Source of the DNA: a virus
Lineage: Duplodnaviria; Caudoviricetes
Strand: one strand, 5' to 3'
Virus record (IMG/VR): IMGVR_UViG_3300020440_000012
Coordinates: 10,867-74,866 of that record
DNA: 64,000 nucleotides
Each line of letters starts with the position of its first letter. The first letter of the stretch is position 1. The translations under genes were made by a program, and so were the position numbers. The notes under the pieces were generated by a model. It did no database searches. It saw nothing but the letters and a program-made list of their open reading frames with translations, and was not told where the DNA came from. This document shows positions 8,409 to 18,300 of this stretch, piece after piece.

Positions 8409-10214
8409 TTATTTCTCCTTCGTAATTTTACTTATACCGTTTGTTTTGTCTACACTTATAATATTATCAAATGAATTTAACTTAACTGCCTCTCTATGAG
8501 AGATAACGTATACATTTTGATTATACAAAACATTAAACTCTCTTAAAATTTTAAATATTTCTCTAACCGCAAGATCATCTAAGTTTCCGTCTATGTACTC
8601 ATCCAATAGTAAAATATTACTGTTTATACCAGACCTATTCATTATAAAGTCACGAAATGCGAAGCTGATGGCTATTGATAGTCTCATCTTTTCACCACTA
8701 GAGAATGAGCCATACTCTGTCTCACCATTGGAGGTAATGAACTGATAATTAAGGTCTTTATCAAACATACATGTATAATCTGCACCCATGGATGCCAAAT
8801 ATGTTTGTATTTGTTTGTTTAACATCTTAATAAGGTCTGATACGACTAATCTTCTTATGTTGTCTTCACCTACAACCTTTTCTATAAAGTTGAGTATATT
8901 TTTATTTTCGACACACTTGTCTATCTGACCTTGTGTTTTTTGTAGGTCTTCTTTCTTTTTGTTAAGTAGTTCAGTAATAACAGGATCGTCAGATGAACCA
9001 TCGAGTTCTCTTTTTATTATTAATAGTCTTGTATCAATCTCTGATAATCGTCTCTTTTTGCTCTCGACTTCTTCTTTTATATTTTTTAATTTATTTAAGT
9101 TGTTTTTAATTTTTTCATCGACAACCAGTTTTCCAATATTCTTAATTAGTTTTTTTAGCTTTTCTCTTTCTTCTATTATATTACTTGCCAAACTTTTCGC
9201 CTGTTCTTTTACATCATCTAGACCTAGTTTTTTAGAAACAATAGGTTTACTATGTTCGGATATTTCATTATAGGTGTCTATATATTTTTTAACATAGTTT
9301 ATTTTATCTTCATATTCTTTCTTGAGAATGTTAGTTATTAATTGTTTCTTATTAGTTATCTGAACATCTAGAGACTCTCTTTTAGATTTTACACCGTTTA
9401 TAAACTCTGTTATTGATTGTATACCGGACTCAATCTTATCGATGTCTATCTTTTCTGTAGACAAAAGAATTTGTCCCTTCTCGGTATTTAACTCTGTTTG
9501 TTCGTTCTCAAGTTTTTCAATTTTCTCTGATTTATTTATATCTCTTTCTTTTTGACCACTTTCAATATCAGTTATGTCACCTCTTTGTGTATATGCTACT
9601 CGTTCTACAGCCGTTAGTTCTTTTTCATTTTCCAAATTATCTTTGTGTATGTTTCTGTACATTTCACCAAATATCTTTAGATCAAATATGTTTTCGATAA
9701 ACACTCTTTTGTCTTGTTTGGTCATTGAGAAAAAGCTGTAAGCCTGATCTGAGGTGAGTATGAAGGACCTTAAGAAAACTTCAAAGTCTGTTCTTAGAAT
9801 ATTCTTTTCTATGTAGTTTCTTGTTTCTCTACTGCTATGCTTTGTTAATTCATTTTCTTTTGATATTGAGTTTTTGTAAAGCTTGCAGTAACTCTTAAAT
9901 GGTGATACAGATACACCGGAAACTATGACAAAGGGTTTGTCGTCAGCCTTAAAGTATAAGATAACTTCTGTATTTCTAACAGGTAGTTGTCTGTTTGATA
10001 TTCTCTTAAGACTTACTTGATTTAACATCTTACCGAAAAGTGCAAAGGTGAATGCATTTATCAGTGATGATTTTCCGCATCCGTTCTTTGAACCAGGAAT
10101 ATCATTGTTTATACCTGTTATTAAACTTATACCCTTATTTGAATCGAAGTCAAATTGCTCTTTATCGAAACACATAAAGTTGTCGATTTTTATTTTTTCG
10201 AATGTCAGATTCAA
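8409..10214 (-). CDS. gp46: Recombination nuclease ATPase subunit (Rad50/SbcC-like)
   Basis: Walker A GSKNGCGKSS, coiled coil, FSSGE signature, LLLDE Walker B, VISH. Confidence 0.93.
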   Translation of the reverse strand: MNLTFEKIKIDNFMCFDKEQFDFDSNKGISLITGINNDIPGSKNGCGKSSLINAFTFALFGKMLNQVSLKRISNRQLPVRNTEVILYFKADDKPFVIVSGVSVSPFKSYCKLYKNSISKENELTKHSSRETRNYIEKNILRTDFEVFLRSFILTSDQAYSFFSMTKQDKRVFIENIFDLKIFGEMYRNIHKDNLENEKELTAVERVAYTQRGDITDIESGQKERDINKSEKIEKLENEQTELNTEKGQILLSTEKIDIDKIESGIQSITEFINGVKSKRESLDVQITNKKQLITNILKKEYEDKINYVKKYIDTYNEISEHSKPIVSKKLGLDDVKEQAKSLASNIIEEREKLKKLIKNIGKLVVDEKIKNNLNKLKNIKEEVESKKRRLSEIDTRLLIIKRELDGSSDDPVITELLNKKKEDLQKTQGQIDKCVENKNILNFIEKVVGEDNIRRLVVSDLIKMLNKQIQTYLASMGADYTCMFDKDLNYQFITSNGETEYGSFSSGEKMRLSIAISFAFRDFIMNRSGINSNILLLDEYIDGNLDDLAVREIFKILREFNVLYNQNVYVISHREAVKLNSFDNIISVDKTNGISKITKEK

Positions 10215-11482
10215 AGCATTTGCTCCTGTGTTATCTCAAAATATTCTTTCACCTTTTCTAAAATTACACTCTTCTCAACAGAAAATTCCTGAAATATTTT
10301 ATCGTCTAGAGATTCTACATATTGATTAATGTATTCTAGTTTTGAATTTTTATGATCTACATCTGGTTTGTTACTGTCATCATCTTCAAACTCTATAGAA
10401 AAGTCGTAATCTACAACACAAGGTTCTTTCGGCTTTTTTTCATTTATATGTGAGATAATCTCATTCAGTTTACCATAATCAAATTGTTTGTTCAGTATAA
10501 GTCTAACAAAGTTATTCTTGATATGTTTTTCTTTAAAAACTTCGTCTACAGGAAGTTTATCTACCGGTAAATCAGAAATAAAATATTTTCTGTGCATTGG
10601 TGATTCGTTGTTTTCGATAAACTCAACCTTTAGTGTATCGCAGTTTAAAATGTAGTGACCTCTATCGGAAGTTTTTGAGAATTTATTAAAATCACCCCAT
10701 GTAAGCTGAAAAGGTGTTCCTAAAAATGTAAAGTTTCTATCTTTAATATTAAAGGTTCTTCTTTGGTGAATATGTCCACTATATATTTGACCACCCTTTT
10801 TACAAAGTTCGATAAACTCTCCTATATGTTTTTTTGAATTAGCTTTCTTAATTGTGGTGTTTTTATCTAGGTGTGGGTTTTCAGTTAGATCAAGATCAAA
10901 ACCACTTTTAATCATTATGTTAGATATTTCAGCTTGTGAAACTTCTTCCGACATGTGATCTTCCATATAGGCTTCAATTAGATACTTATGTGATATATCA
11001 AAGTGGCCAAACATTCCATCATATTCTTCTTTTTGAAAGTGTTCAAGTTCGGATAGCCAGGGACATAAAAGAACTTTATTCTTTTTCATCATACACTCGG
11101 TTGGATTTTCGATGAGTTCAACATTTTTCATGTTTTGAAGCCACCTCATAGAGGATAAATTTGTTTCTGTGTTCGTTACCAGGTCATGATTACCTATGAT
11201 AAAGATAAGCTTTGCATGTTCTGTTATCTTTTTTATCATTTCTATAGAGTAACACATTGTCTCTACAGCAATAGACGGTCTTTCATGATGCCAATCACCA
11301 CCAAAAAGAACAGTTTTAATATTTCTTTCTTTTATTGTTTCTACGAGTCTGTTGATATAATCGTTTGCAACTTCTAATCTGGATTGTGCGTTTGATTTTA
11401 TACCTACATGAATGTCAGAAAATACTAAAATTTCTTCATCATTTATCTGAATCATAATCTTGGAGTCCACCCTTATCTGCAA
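10211..11482 (-). CDS. gp47: Recombination nuclease subunit (Mre11/SbcD-like)
   Basis: FSDIHVG, GGDWHH, IGNHD, FGHFD and SGHIH metallophosphoesterase motifs. Confidence 0.92.
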   Translation of the reverse strand: MQIRVDSKIMIQINDEEILVFSDIHVGIKSNAQSRLEVANDYINRLVETIKERNIKTVLFGGDWHHERPSIAVETMCYSIEMIKKITEHAKLIFIIGNHDLVTNTETNLSSMRWLQNMKNVELIENPTECMMKKNKVLLCPWLSELEHFQKEEYDGMFGHFDISHKYLIEAYMEDHMSEEVSQAEISNIMIKSGFDLDLTENPHLDKNTTIKKANSKKHIGEFIELCKKGGQIYSGHIHQRRTFNIKDRNFTFLGTPFQLTWGDFNKFSKTSDRGHYILNCDTLKVEFIENNESPMHRKYFISDLPVDKLPVDEVFKEKHIKNNFVRLILNKQFDYGKLNEIISHINEKKPKEPCVVDYDFSIEFEDDDSNKPDVDHKNSKLEYINQYVESLDDKIFQEFSVEKSVILEKVKEYFEITQEQML

Positions 11483-12290
11483 TCATTCTAATTTCTTCAA
11501 ATGCGTCTTTTGGAATATATCCAGTATCATCGATAAGCTTGTCTAAAGACATCACATTGTTAACGAGATGAAGCTTTTGTGAACAAATTAATTCATGTTG
11601 ATTCATAACTTCATACCATTCTGGTTGTCTAAACGCATCTGCTAGTTGTGATATTGTATATGTACCTGTGTTTCCTATATTATACACACCATTTAGATTT
11701 CGTTTAAGTAATTCAATGGTTGAGTTTACTATCTCTTCGGTTGAGCATACCGTATTAAATTCGTTTAAAAACTTATTAAATTTTTCCAGTTTGTAAAGTA
11801 AGTTTTTAGGATCTTTATACTTATTAAATAATAATCTAGGTCTTAGTATTAAATCGTCTTTATTACAATGAAGTTCACCAATCATTTTAGATACTGTATA
11901 GTTACAGTGAGTTTCTGTCTTACCATTCTCGTATTTTAATCCTTGTGTATTTTCATACAGACAGCCTGTTGAGATGTGTACAAACTTTTTTCCATAAAAT
12001 TTACAGAGATTGCTTAGATGTCTTACAAAGTCTCCGTTAATTGTTTGTACTTTTAGCCAGTTATTTTTGTCTTCGCAATACCTGGTATCTGATATACCTA
12101 TACAGTTTACAATATTATCATATTTGTATAGTTCTTCTAAAAATACTTTACTGTAAGTGCCTTCTATTATCTCATCTACGTTGACGTAACTTCGGTCTTT
12201 AACGGTGAATCCATATCTTTCAAATTCTTTTCCTACAAAACCTCTACCTAAAACTAATGTTTTCAGTTTTACTTCTGACTCTGAAACCAT
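11439..12290 (-). CDS. RmlD-like NAD(P)-dependent sugar reductase/epimerase
   Basis: LGRGFVG, HISTGCLY, YTVSK (YxxxK); adjacent to rmlB. Confidence 0.75.
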   Translation of the reverse strand: MVSESEVKLKTLVLGRGFVGKEFERYGFTVKDRSYVNVDEIIEGTYSKVFLEELYKYDNIVNCIGISDTRYCEDKNNWLKVQTINGDFVRHLSNLCKFYGKKFVHISTGCLYENTQGLKYENGKTETHCNYTVSKMIGELHCNKDDLILRPRLLFNKYKDPKNLLYKLEKFNKFLNEFNTVCSTEEIVNSTIELLKRNLNGVYNIGNTGTYTISQLADAFRQPEWYEVMNQHELICSQKLHLVNNVMSLDKLIDDTGYIPKDAFEEIRMIADKGGLQDYDSDK

Positions 12291-13243
12291 TCTACTGTCC
12301 TCTTTAAATTTGATTTAAAATTAGATTTGATTTTATCCGTATCATAGATACAACTTAATTTAAAGTTATCAACTGCATATTTGAGATCATGCATGTTTCC
12401 TCTAGGGTCTTCTACAAATTCAATATGATTGTCTGAATCTGTGTCCAATATTTCGCAAATATTTTTAATAAGTTCAACATTAGATAGGTCAACACCACTT
12501 CCTAGATTTAAGTATTTCATGTGGCCGTTACTATTATCGGCCACTCCCCATATTACTAGTTTGGTTACAATATCTGCTGTATCTCCGACATACAACCATT
12601 CTCTTTCGTTTTTACCTTCACCATAAACAGGTATCTTCTTATCATTCTTAATACTGTTTAAGATTACTGGTATAAATTTTGTTTTATCTTGATATTCACC
12701 AAAGTTATTAGATGGTCGTAATATTAAATATTTTCCTTTTTCATGATATTCAATATTAGCTAAATTAATCATTTGCTCTGCGAATAACTTAGAAACTGCA
12801 TATGGATTTCTGGGTTTAGGATATCGCTCTTCTTGAAATCTATCTTCATCTCCAAATTCTAGATGACCATAAATCTCATCTGTGGAGAAGTGTATAAGTC
12901 TTATATCATTTTTAAAGCACCATTTTGCAACTTCGTATGTACCTTTTACGTTTGTATGTATAAAGCTATCTAGTTCATTCAGTGATTTATCAACATGTGA
13001 CTCGGCTGCCATATGAATACATACATCAAAGTTTATTAGTTTGTTAAATTTGGAAATATTAACCACATCCTCCTTTTCAACGAAAAGTTTTGGATGTATA
13101 TAAGCAAATTCTAAAAGTTTGTTATTTGAGGCGTAAGTCATTTTGTCGATAACAACAACTGTTTCCACTACATCTTTTTCTAATAGTTTAAGAACTACGT
13201 TTGTGCCTATAAATCCACAACCACCTGTTACTATGACCTTCAT
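12269..13243 (-). CDS. rmlB: dTDP-glucose 4,6-dehydratase
   Basis: VTGGCGFIG, DKMTYAS, HMAAESHVD, STDEIYG, NPYAVSK, SNNFGEYQ. Confidence 0.92.
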   Translation of the reverse strand: MKVIVTGGCGFIGTNVVLKLLEKDVVETVVVIDKMTYASNNKLLEFAYIHPKLFVEKEDVVNISKFNKLINFDVCIHMAAESHVDKSLNELDSFIHTNVKGTYEVAKWCFKNDIRLIHFSTDEIYGHLEFGDEDRFQEERYPKPRNPYAVSKLFAEQMINLANIEYHEKGKYLILRPSNNFGEYQDKTKFIPVILNSIKNDKKIPVYGEGKNEREWLYVGDTADIVTKLVIWGVADNSNGHMKYLNLGSGVDLSNVELIKNICEILDTDSDNHIEFVEDPRGNMHDLKYAVDNFKLSCIYDTDKIKSNFKSNLKRTVEWFQSQK

Positions 13244-13244
13244 C

Positions 13245-13688
13245 TTAAACTTCCTTTACAATATCCGGATTTTGCTTAATTGTTTGCTTAGTAATTAAGT
13301 CTTTAATTTTTGTTGTAGACCACTCATGTGAACGAGTTGTGTAAATTACTTCTGGAGGTAGATCATCTCCCGTAAATGGCTTACCAATGTAATCTTCACC
13401 TAAAATTCTAATATCTGGTTTGAAAAACTTAATAAGATCATATAATTCTTCTTCTGTTTGATACATATAAACCTCGTCAACATACTGAATAGCCATCAGA
13501 GTTTTATATCTTTCATAATATGGTATTACAGGTTTATACTTGGTATATCTGGTAGATGAAGGATCTTTCTGTAAGAATACTAAGAATTTATCACAATGTC
13601 TTTTAGCTTCTTCGAAAGTATATATGTATCCTGGATGTAACAGATCGAAGTTACCTGCCGTAAAGCCTATTTTTTCCTTATTTTTCAT
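13245..13688 (-). CDS. Cytidylyl/adenylyltransferase (TagD/RfaE-domain-II family)
   Basis: AGNFDLLHPGY (HxGH variant), LGEDY, WSTTKIK. Confidence 0.82.
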   Translation of the reverse strand: MKNKEKIGFTAGNFDLLHPGYIYTFEEAKRHCDKFLVFLQKDPSSTRYTKYKPVIPYYERYKTLMAIQYVDEVYMYQTEEELYDLIKFFKPDIRILGEDYIGKPFTGDDLPPEVIYTTRSHEWSTTKIKDLITKQTIKQNPDIVKEV

Positions 13689-13726
13689 TACTTATTATAC
13701 ATATACTTTTTTCAATTTATAAACAA

Positions 13727-15346
13727 TTATGTGATTTGTGTCGATTCTAAATCTTCATTAATACAGAACAAATTGCTACCGTCTGAATATAGGAATAGTC
13801 CTTTATCGAGTGTCATGTAGATTCCTGAAGATTCATGAGACTTTGTAAAGTATGGTGATTGTAGATTCAACATTGTGTTTACATGAGGATTTTCTTTGTA
13901 TGAGTCTGTTAGTTTATATGAAACATTATTGGTATTTACGAAGTACAGGTCCTCTCCGTCCGATTTCAACATCTTAATGTTAACAAACTTATCTGGAACA
14001 CCAAAGTCTGATGTTGCTGAGTCTTGTGTTAGATTAAATACATTTTCGGATTCATCTTGATAATATAGATTTACAGAGTCAGTGTAGAGATATGAAGGTC
14101 CTTGTTCGAACGCAAATATTTTACCTGCGAATTGTGTTGAACTTGGTGTTAGTGTACTTGCCGTAAATGGTGAGTCATCATTTTCATAGCCACCATAAAT
14201 TAGGTCTTCACCGTCTATGTAGTCATGAATTGTATCTGCTATTTTTTCTATTGCTGTTGATTGAATATTCTGTATCTCGTCATTAAACATTTCTGCTTCC
14301 GTTTGTTGTTCACCTACTACATCTTCATGGGAAGGTATTCTTCTCACAGCGGTACATTTCCAAACATAAACTCCTAATAATGGATTTATACCGTCAGAAA
14401 GTAATGTGTCGTCCATTACTTGAGTTATCTCAAATTCTTCTTGATTATCATCGAAGAACTGCATTCTAAAGAAATCACCCACTTGTGGTGATATGTTGTC
14501 TTGATACTTACTTGTTGAGCTAGGGTCATAATAAAGTATATTCGTGCTTAAGGTTCCAGAAAAAGTAACGACAGAGGCGGCCGATGTAAATTTTATATTA
14601 CCAAATTGAGAACCGGTAAAGTCACTACCACTTATTACTGAGTAATACCTTTCTTCAGCGATATGTGGATTTATGGGTAATTTATATCCTGTTCCTGAAG
14701 CTATTTTCATGTAAGGAAATTTTATGTATTGTCTACTATTTCCACCAATTATTCTACCTACTGGTATACTGGATATACTTTTTGTCCATCCAAAGGTGTT
14801 GATCATATCAACAAATGAAGTACCACTTAGTGTAGCTAATGTCGATGCATAGTTTGTCTTTGTTGAGTTTGGAACTCTTGAGGATACCACAAAAGGTGTT
14901 GTTAGTGTATAGGTACTTGTTGATGGTGAGTTTGAGAAAGAACCTGTAAATGTCTTAGAGCCTGTGAAGAGTCTCTGACTTCCCAGTCTTGTTGCATATC
15001 TAGAATTAAAATCACCTACACTAAAATATATTGTTATGTTTTCATTAGGTGTTATACCGTATTTGTTCATTTCAAATACATCATTCTCAACTTCTATGTA
15101 GATGTCCATATCACCAGAAAGATAATAGTTTGGATCTGTATTTTCTCCGTAAATTAAATTTTCTATTCCTTCACCACTTGGTGTGAGGTCTAGAGAATTT
15201 GGAAACTTAGTCTCATGACGAAAGTATGTAGCTTCTATTCCGAAGTTTTCAATTAAGTCTTTATAATAGTTTGCATACAAAGCCTGCTCTTGATCAAGCG
15301 ACCTTGTTCTTAAATATCTTACATTAGTTGTTGGTCTCTCTGACAT
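13727..15346 (-). CDS. gp14: Neck protein gp14-like, paralogue A, with an internal insert and C-terminal extension
   Basis: YKDLIENFGIEATYF, LIYGE, IYIEVEN...KYGI, PQVGDFF...FEITQV...YVWKC correspond to the gp14 core. Confidence 0.7.
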   Translation of the reverse strand: MSERPTTNVRYLRTRSLDQEQALYANYYKDLIENFGIEATYFRHETKFPNSLDLTPSGEGIENLIYGENTDPNYYLSGDMDIYIEVENDVFEMNKYGITPNENITIYFSVGDFNSRYATRLGSQRLFTGSKTFTGSFSNSPSTSTYTLTTPFVVSSRVPNSTKTNYASTLATLSGTSFVDMINTFGWTKSISSIPVGRIIGGNSRQYIKFPYMKIASGTGYKLPINPHIAEERYYSVISGSDFTGSQFGNIKFTSAASVVTFSGTLSTNILYYDPSSTSKYQDNISPQVGDFFRMQFFDDNQEEFEITQVMDDTLLSDGINPLLGVYVWKCTAVRRIPSHEDVVGEQQTEAEMFNDEIQNIQSTAIEKIADTIHDYIDGEDLIYGGYENDDSPFTASTLTPSSTQFAGKIFAFEQGPSYLYTDSVNLYYQDESENVFNLTQDSATSDFGVPDKFVNIKMLKSDGEDLYFVNTNNVSYKLTDSYKENPHVNTMLNLQSPYFTKSHESSGIYMTLDKGLFLYSDGSNLFCINEDLESTQIT

Positions 15347-15354
15347 ATATAATC

Positions 15355-18300
15355 CTATTCTGCTGATAACGGTACTACTACTAAATCATGTCTAGGTACG
15401 CCATTTATATCACTTAAATAATTCATAGCGTTTTGTATCCAGTTTCTTGAGTATCTTGATTGTATACCTTTAAATAATTCAGGTTGACCTATTGATCCAT
15501 GACGTATAGCGGAGGATCTTGTTGTGTATATACCATTAGGAACAGTAAGAGCCTGTACATGCAAATAAAGTCTATTATTGTTGTAAAGGAATCCTGGACT
15601 ACTTGAATCACCAACTCTGTCTTGGTGTGCGTCTCTGTTTGAAAATCTACCCCACTCGAATAAAGGATCAGCAACGTCTGTACATATACTAGTATTTAAG
15701 TGTCTGCCTACATCTTCTATATTAAATGTACCCTCTTTACTAGGACCACAAGCTATAATTGAACCTCTTCCGGCACTGAGTGTGTCTATGTCACTGTCTG
15801 ACATAAAGGTGGCGTAGTCAACATCCAGTGTTATAGGATCTTTGAGTAATACTACACACATATCATGAAAAGATGAACCGTCTGAATTCCCAGCAAATCC
15901 ACTAACTGCAACTCCATCTCTGTATACAACTTCTCTGGTAATAGGATTGTATATTTGTCCACCAGGATCATCCGGGTGTGTCCCAGCTACGAAGTCGGCT
16001 ATAATACCTTTTTGCATATTACTGTCTAAGTCCATAAAGTAGGCGAAAGCATTGGCCGATGCTCCTTGTTTTATACGATTTGTTATTGGTGTTCCGTAAA
16101 TTCCAGAGGATGCAAGTTGTTGTGTTGTTTTATATAAATAAGCACTTGCGGCCGCAGTCAGTGTATATTTGTAACCATTTACGGACTTAGCTCTATAGGC
16201 ACCACCAAATACAGTATCTTTCTGAAAATCATCAAATATATGTGAAGCTATTAAGGCATGTCTTGGGGATAATAATGTCATGTGTGTATTAAATGTATGT
16301 AAGTTTCCATAAACTGAAAAGCATGTTATTGGCTTCTTATTGTACCAACAGTCCAGATTTCTTTCAATGGCTGAAACTCCACTAGTTGAGTTAACACGAG
16401 GCCAAATTTGATACTGACCGCCTCTGTATAAGTTTCCACTTCTGTCATTATCAAATCCAAGAATTATCGGCATACCAGAAAGATGTTCCAGACCAGGCTC
16501 TTCCGACAACGACATTTTGTATTTTAAATATGCTTTGTCATATATTGTTGGTGGTTTAATTATTATGTCTTGTTTTCTTAATTTAGCCGACAAAACGGCA
16601 GATGGTAACCCGCTAAAATAAATTTGTTTTCTTGTATCGAAATTTTCAGCAAAGTTGTAGTCATTGATGTATTGAGGACATCTGTTATGACCTATCTCAT
16701 GCCAGCCGGGTGCATCATATAATTGACCGTCTGGATATCCGGAAGTTGAAAATCCTGTAGCGGGTAATTTTAGCCATGTAGGAGAGTATCTGCTATACTT
16801 TCTTTGAGTGTAACTGCTACTGTTCGTGCCGTCGCCTGTCTTGTTTACAAATAGACCACTAGCTATCGTACCTTCATTAATACTATCATGATAGTAGTTT
16901 ACTACCCCACTAGGTTGTCTTGAAGTGTCGTATTCATAACCATCTTCATCTCTTTTAGGCATTTCTATATATGAGTGTGAACTAGTGGATTGTGTGTAGT
17001 CAAATCCTATATTTGCATCACCTGTTATTACTAGGTTATCGCATATTCCATACATGTTTTGTGCAAATACCATTCTTCTCCTGGATACAGAACCATCATC
17101 GTATTGAAGGTTAGTGTTACTATACCTGGATCCACTCACTGAGCCACCAGCTGGTACATTACCTGACCCAATCACTGAGTGAAGATCACTGGCTGAGTTA
17201 CTTGAACCTGTAATCGTTGTGAATTGAACTTCCTTGTTGTCTATGTATAGCTTGGTACCTGTTGTTCCGAATGTTAGTGTGTAGTTACCAGAGGATAATG
17301 GAAACGAGCCTATGAAGATAGGTGTTCTTCTTAATCTGAGAGTAAATCCAGGAGTGCTAGTATCAACTTTTAATCCTAAATCTCTATCAACACATATGAA
17401 TCCTTTTTCCCTTGAGGCTTTTTCATAGTTACCATGAATGTACCTATATGGTGATTTAACTCTGTCTGTATTAAAGTCTGTTAATGCAGTTACAACAGGA
17501 GTTATTGAACTAATTGGATGACTGGCTGGGTTTCCTAGATATTTTATTCCAATACTTTGTGAATAGCTTGCTCTCGCCCATCCTGTTCGAAACTTGGTAC
17601 CTGCACTTATTTGTGTTGATCTTGATCCTGGAAATCTATTCCAAACTATAGCTGTCGTTACTTGACTGTTTGACACTGTTACATTTTGTCCTATTATATA
17701 CGGGTCTACGACATGATTATCTTTTCTGGTTATAGGCCAGCCGGATGTGATGGCACTCGTTGGAGAGTCTGGTGCCTGTGTACCAGAGAAAGCAACAACT
17801 CCACTTATTGCACCTAACTCCCAATATGTTCCCATACCTAAATGATATCCTGAAGATCCTTGGAAATGATTCATCGAAAATAATCCTGTTGATCTGAAAG
17901 TATTTTTATCATGAAACATGAATCTATCTACGACCAATTCACCGGCGTGTCCGTAGTTAGATCCCATAAATGCCGAACATGGTGCCGTGACTACTGGTAT
18001 ACCTGACTTATGGATAATTTCACTTGTGTCTTTTTTGTAACTAAATGAAATTTTTCCATTTCTTGTATTTCTCATGTAGTCTATGTGAAGAGGTTGTCTG
18101 AGTGATACAAATCCCTGTCCTTCCCAGTGTAGTCTCTGTTTTGAGGTACCACTCATCGGTAATTGTGTTAGTGAGCATGTACCTGTTCTGTTTCTTGAAC
18201 TTAATAAGCTCATACATCTATGTATTTCCTCTTTGGCTTCTGATGATGAGATACCATCTACCACATTGTAAATGTTACCTATCACACTCCTACTAATACC

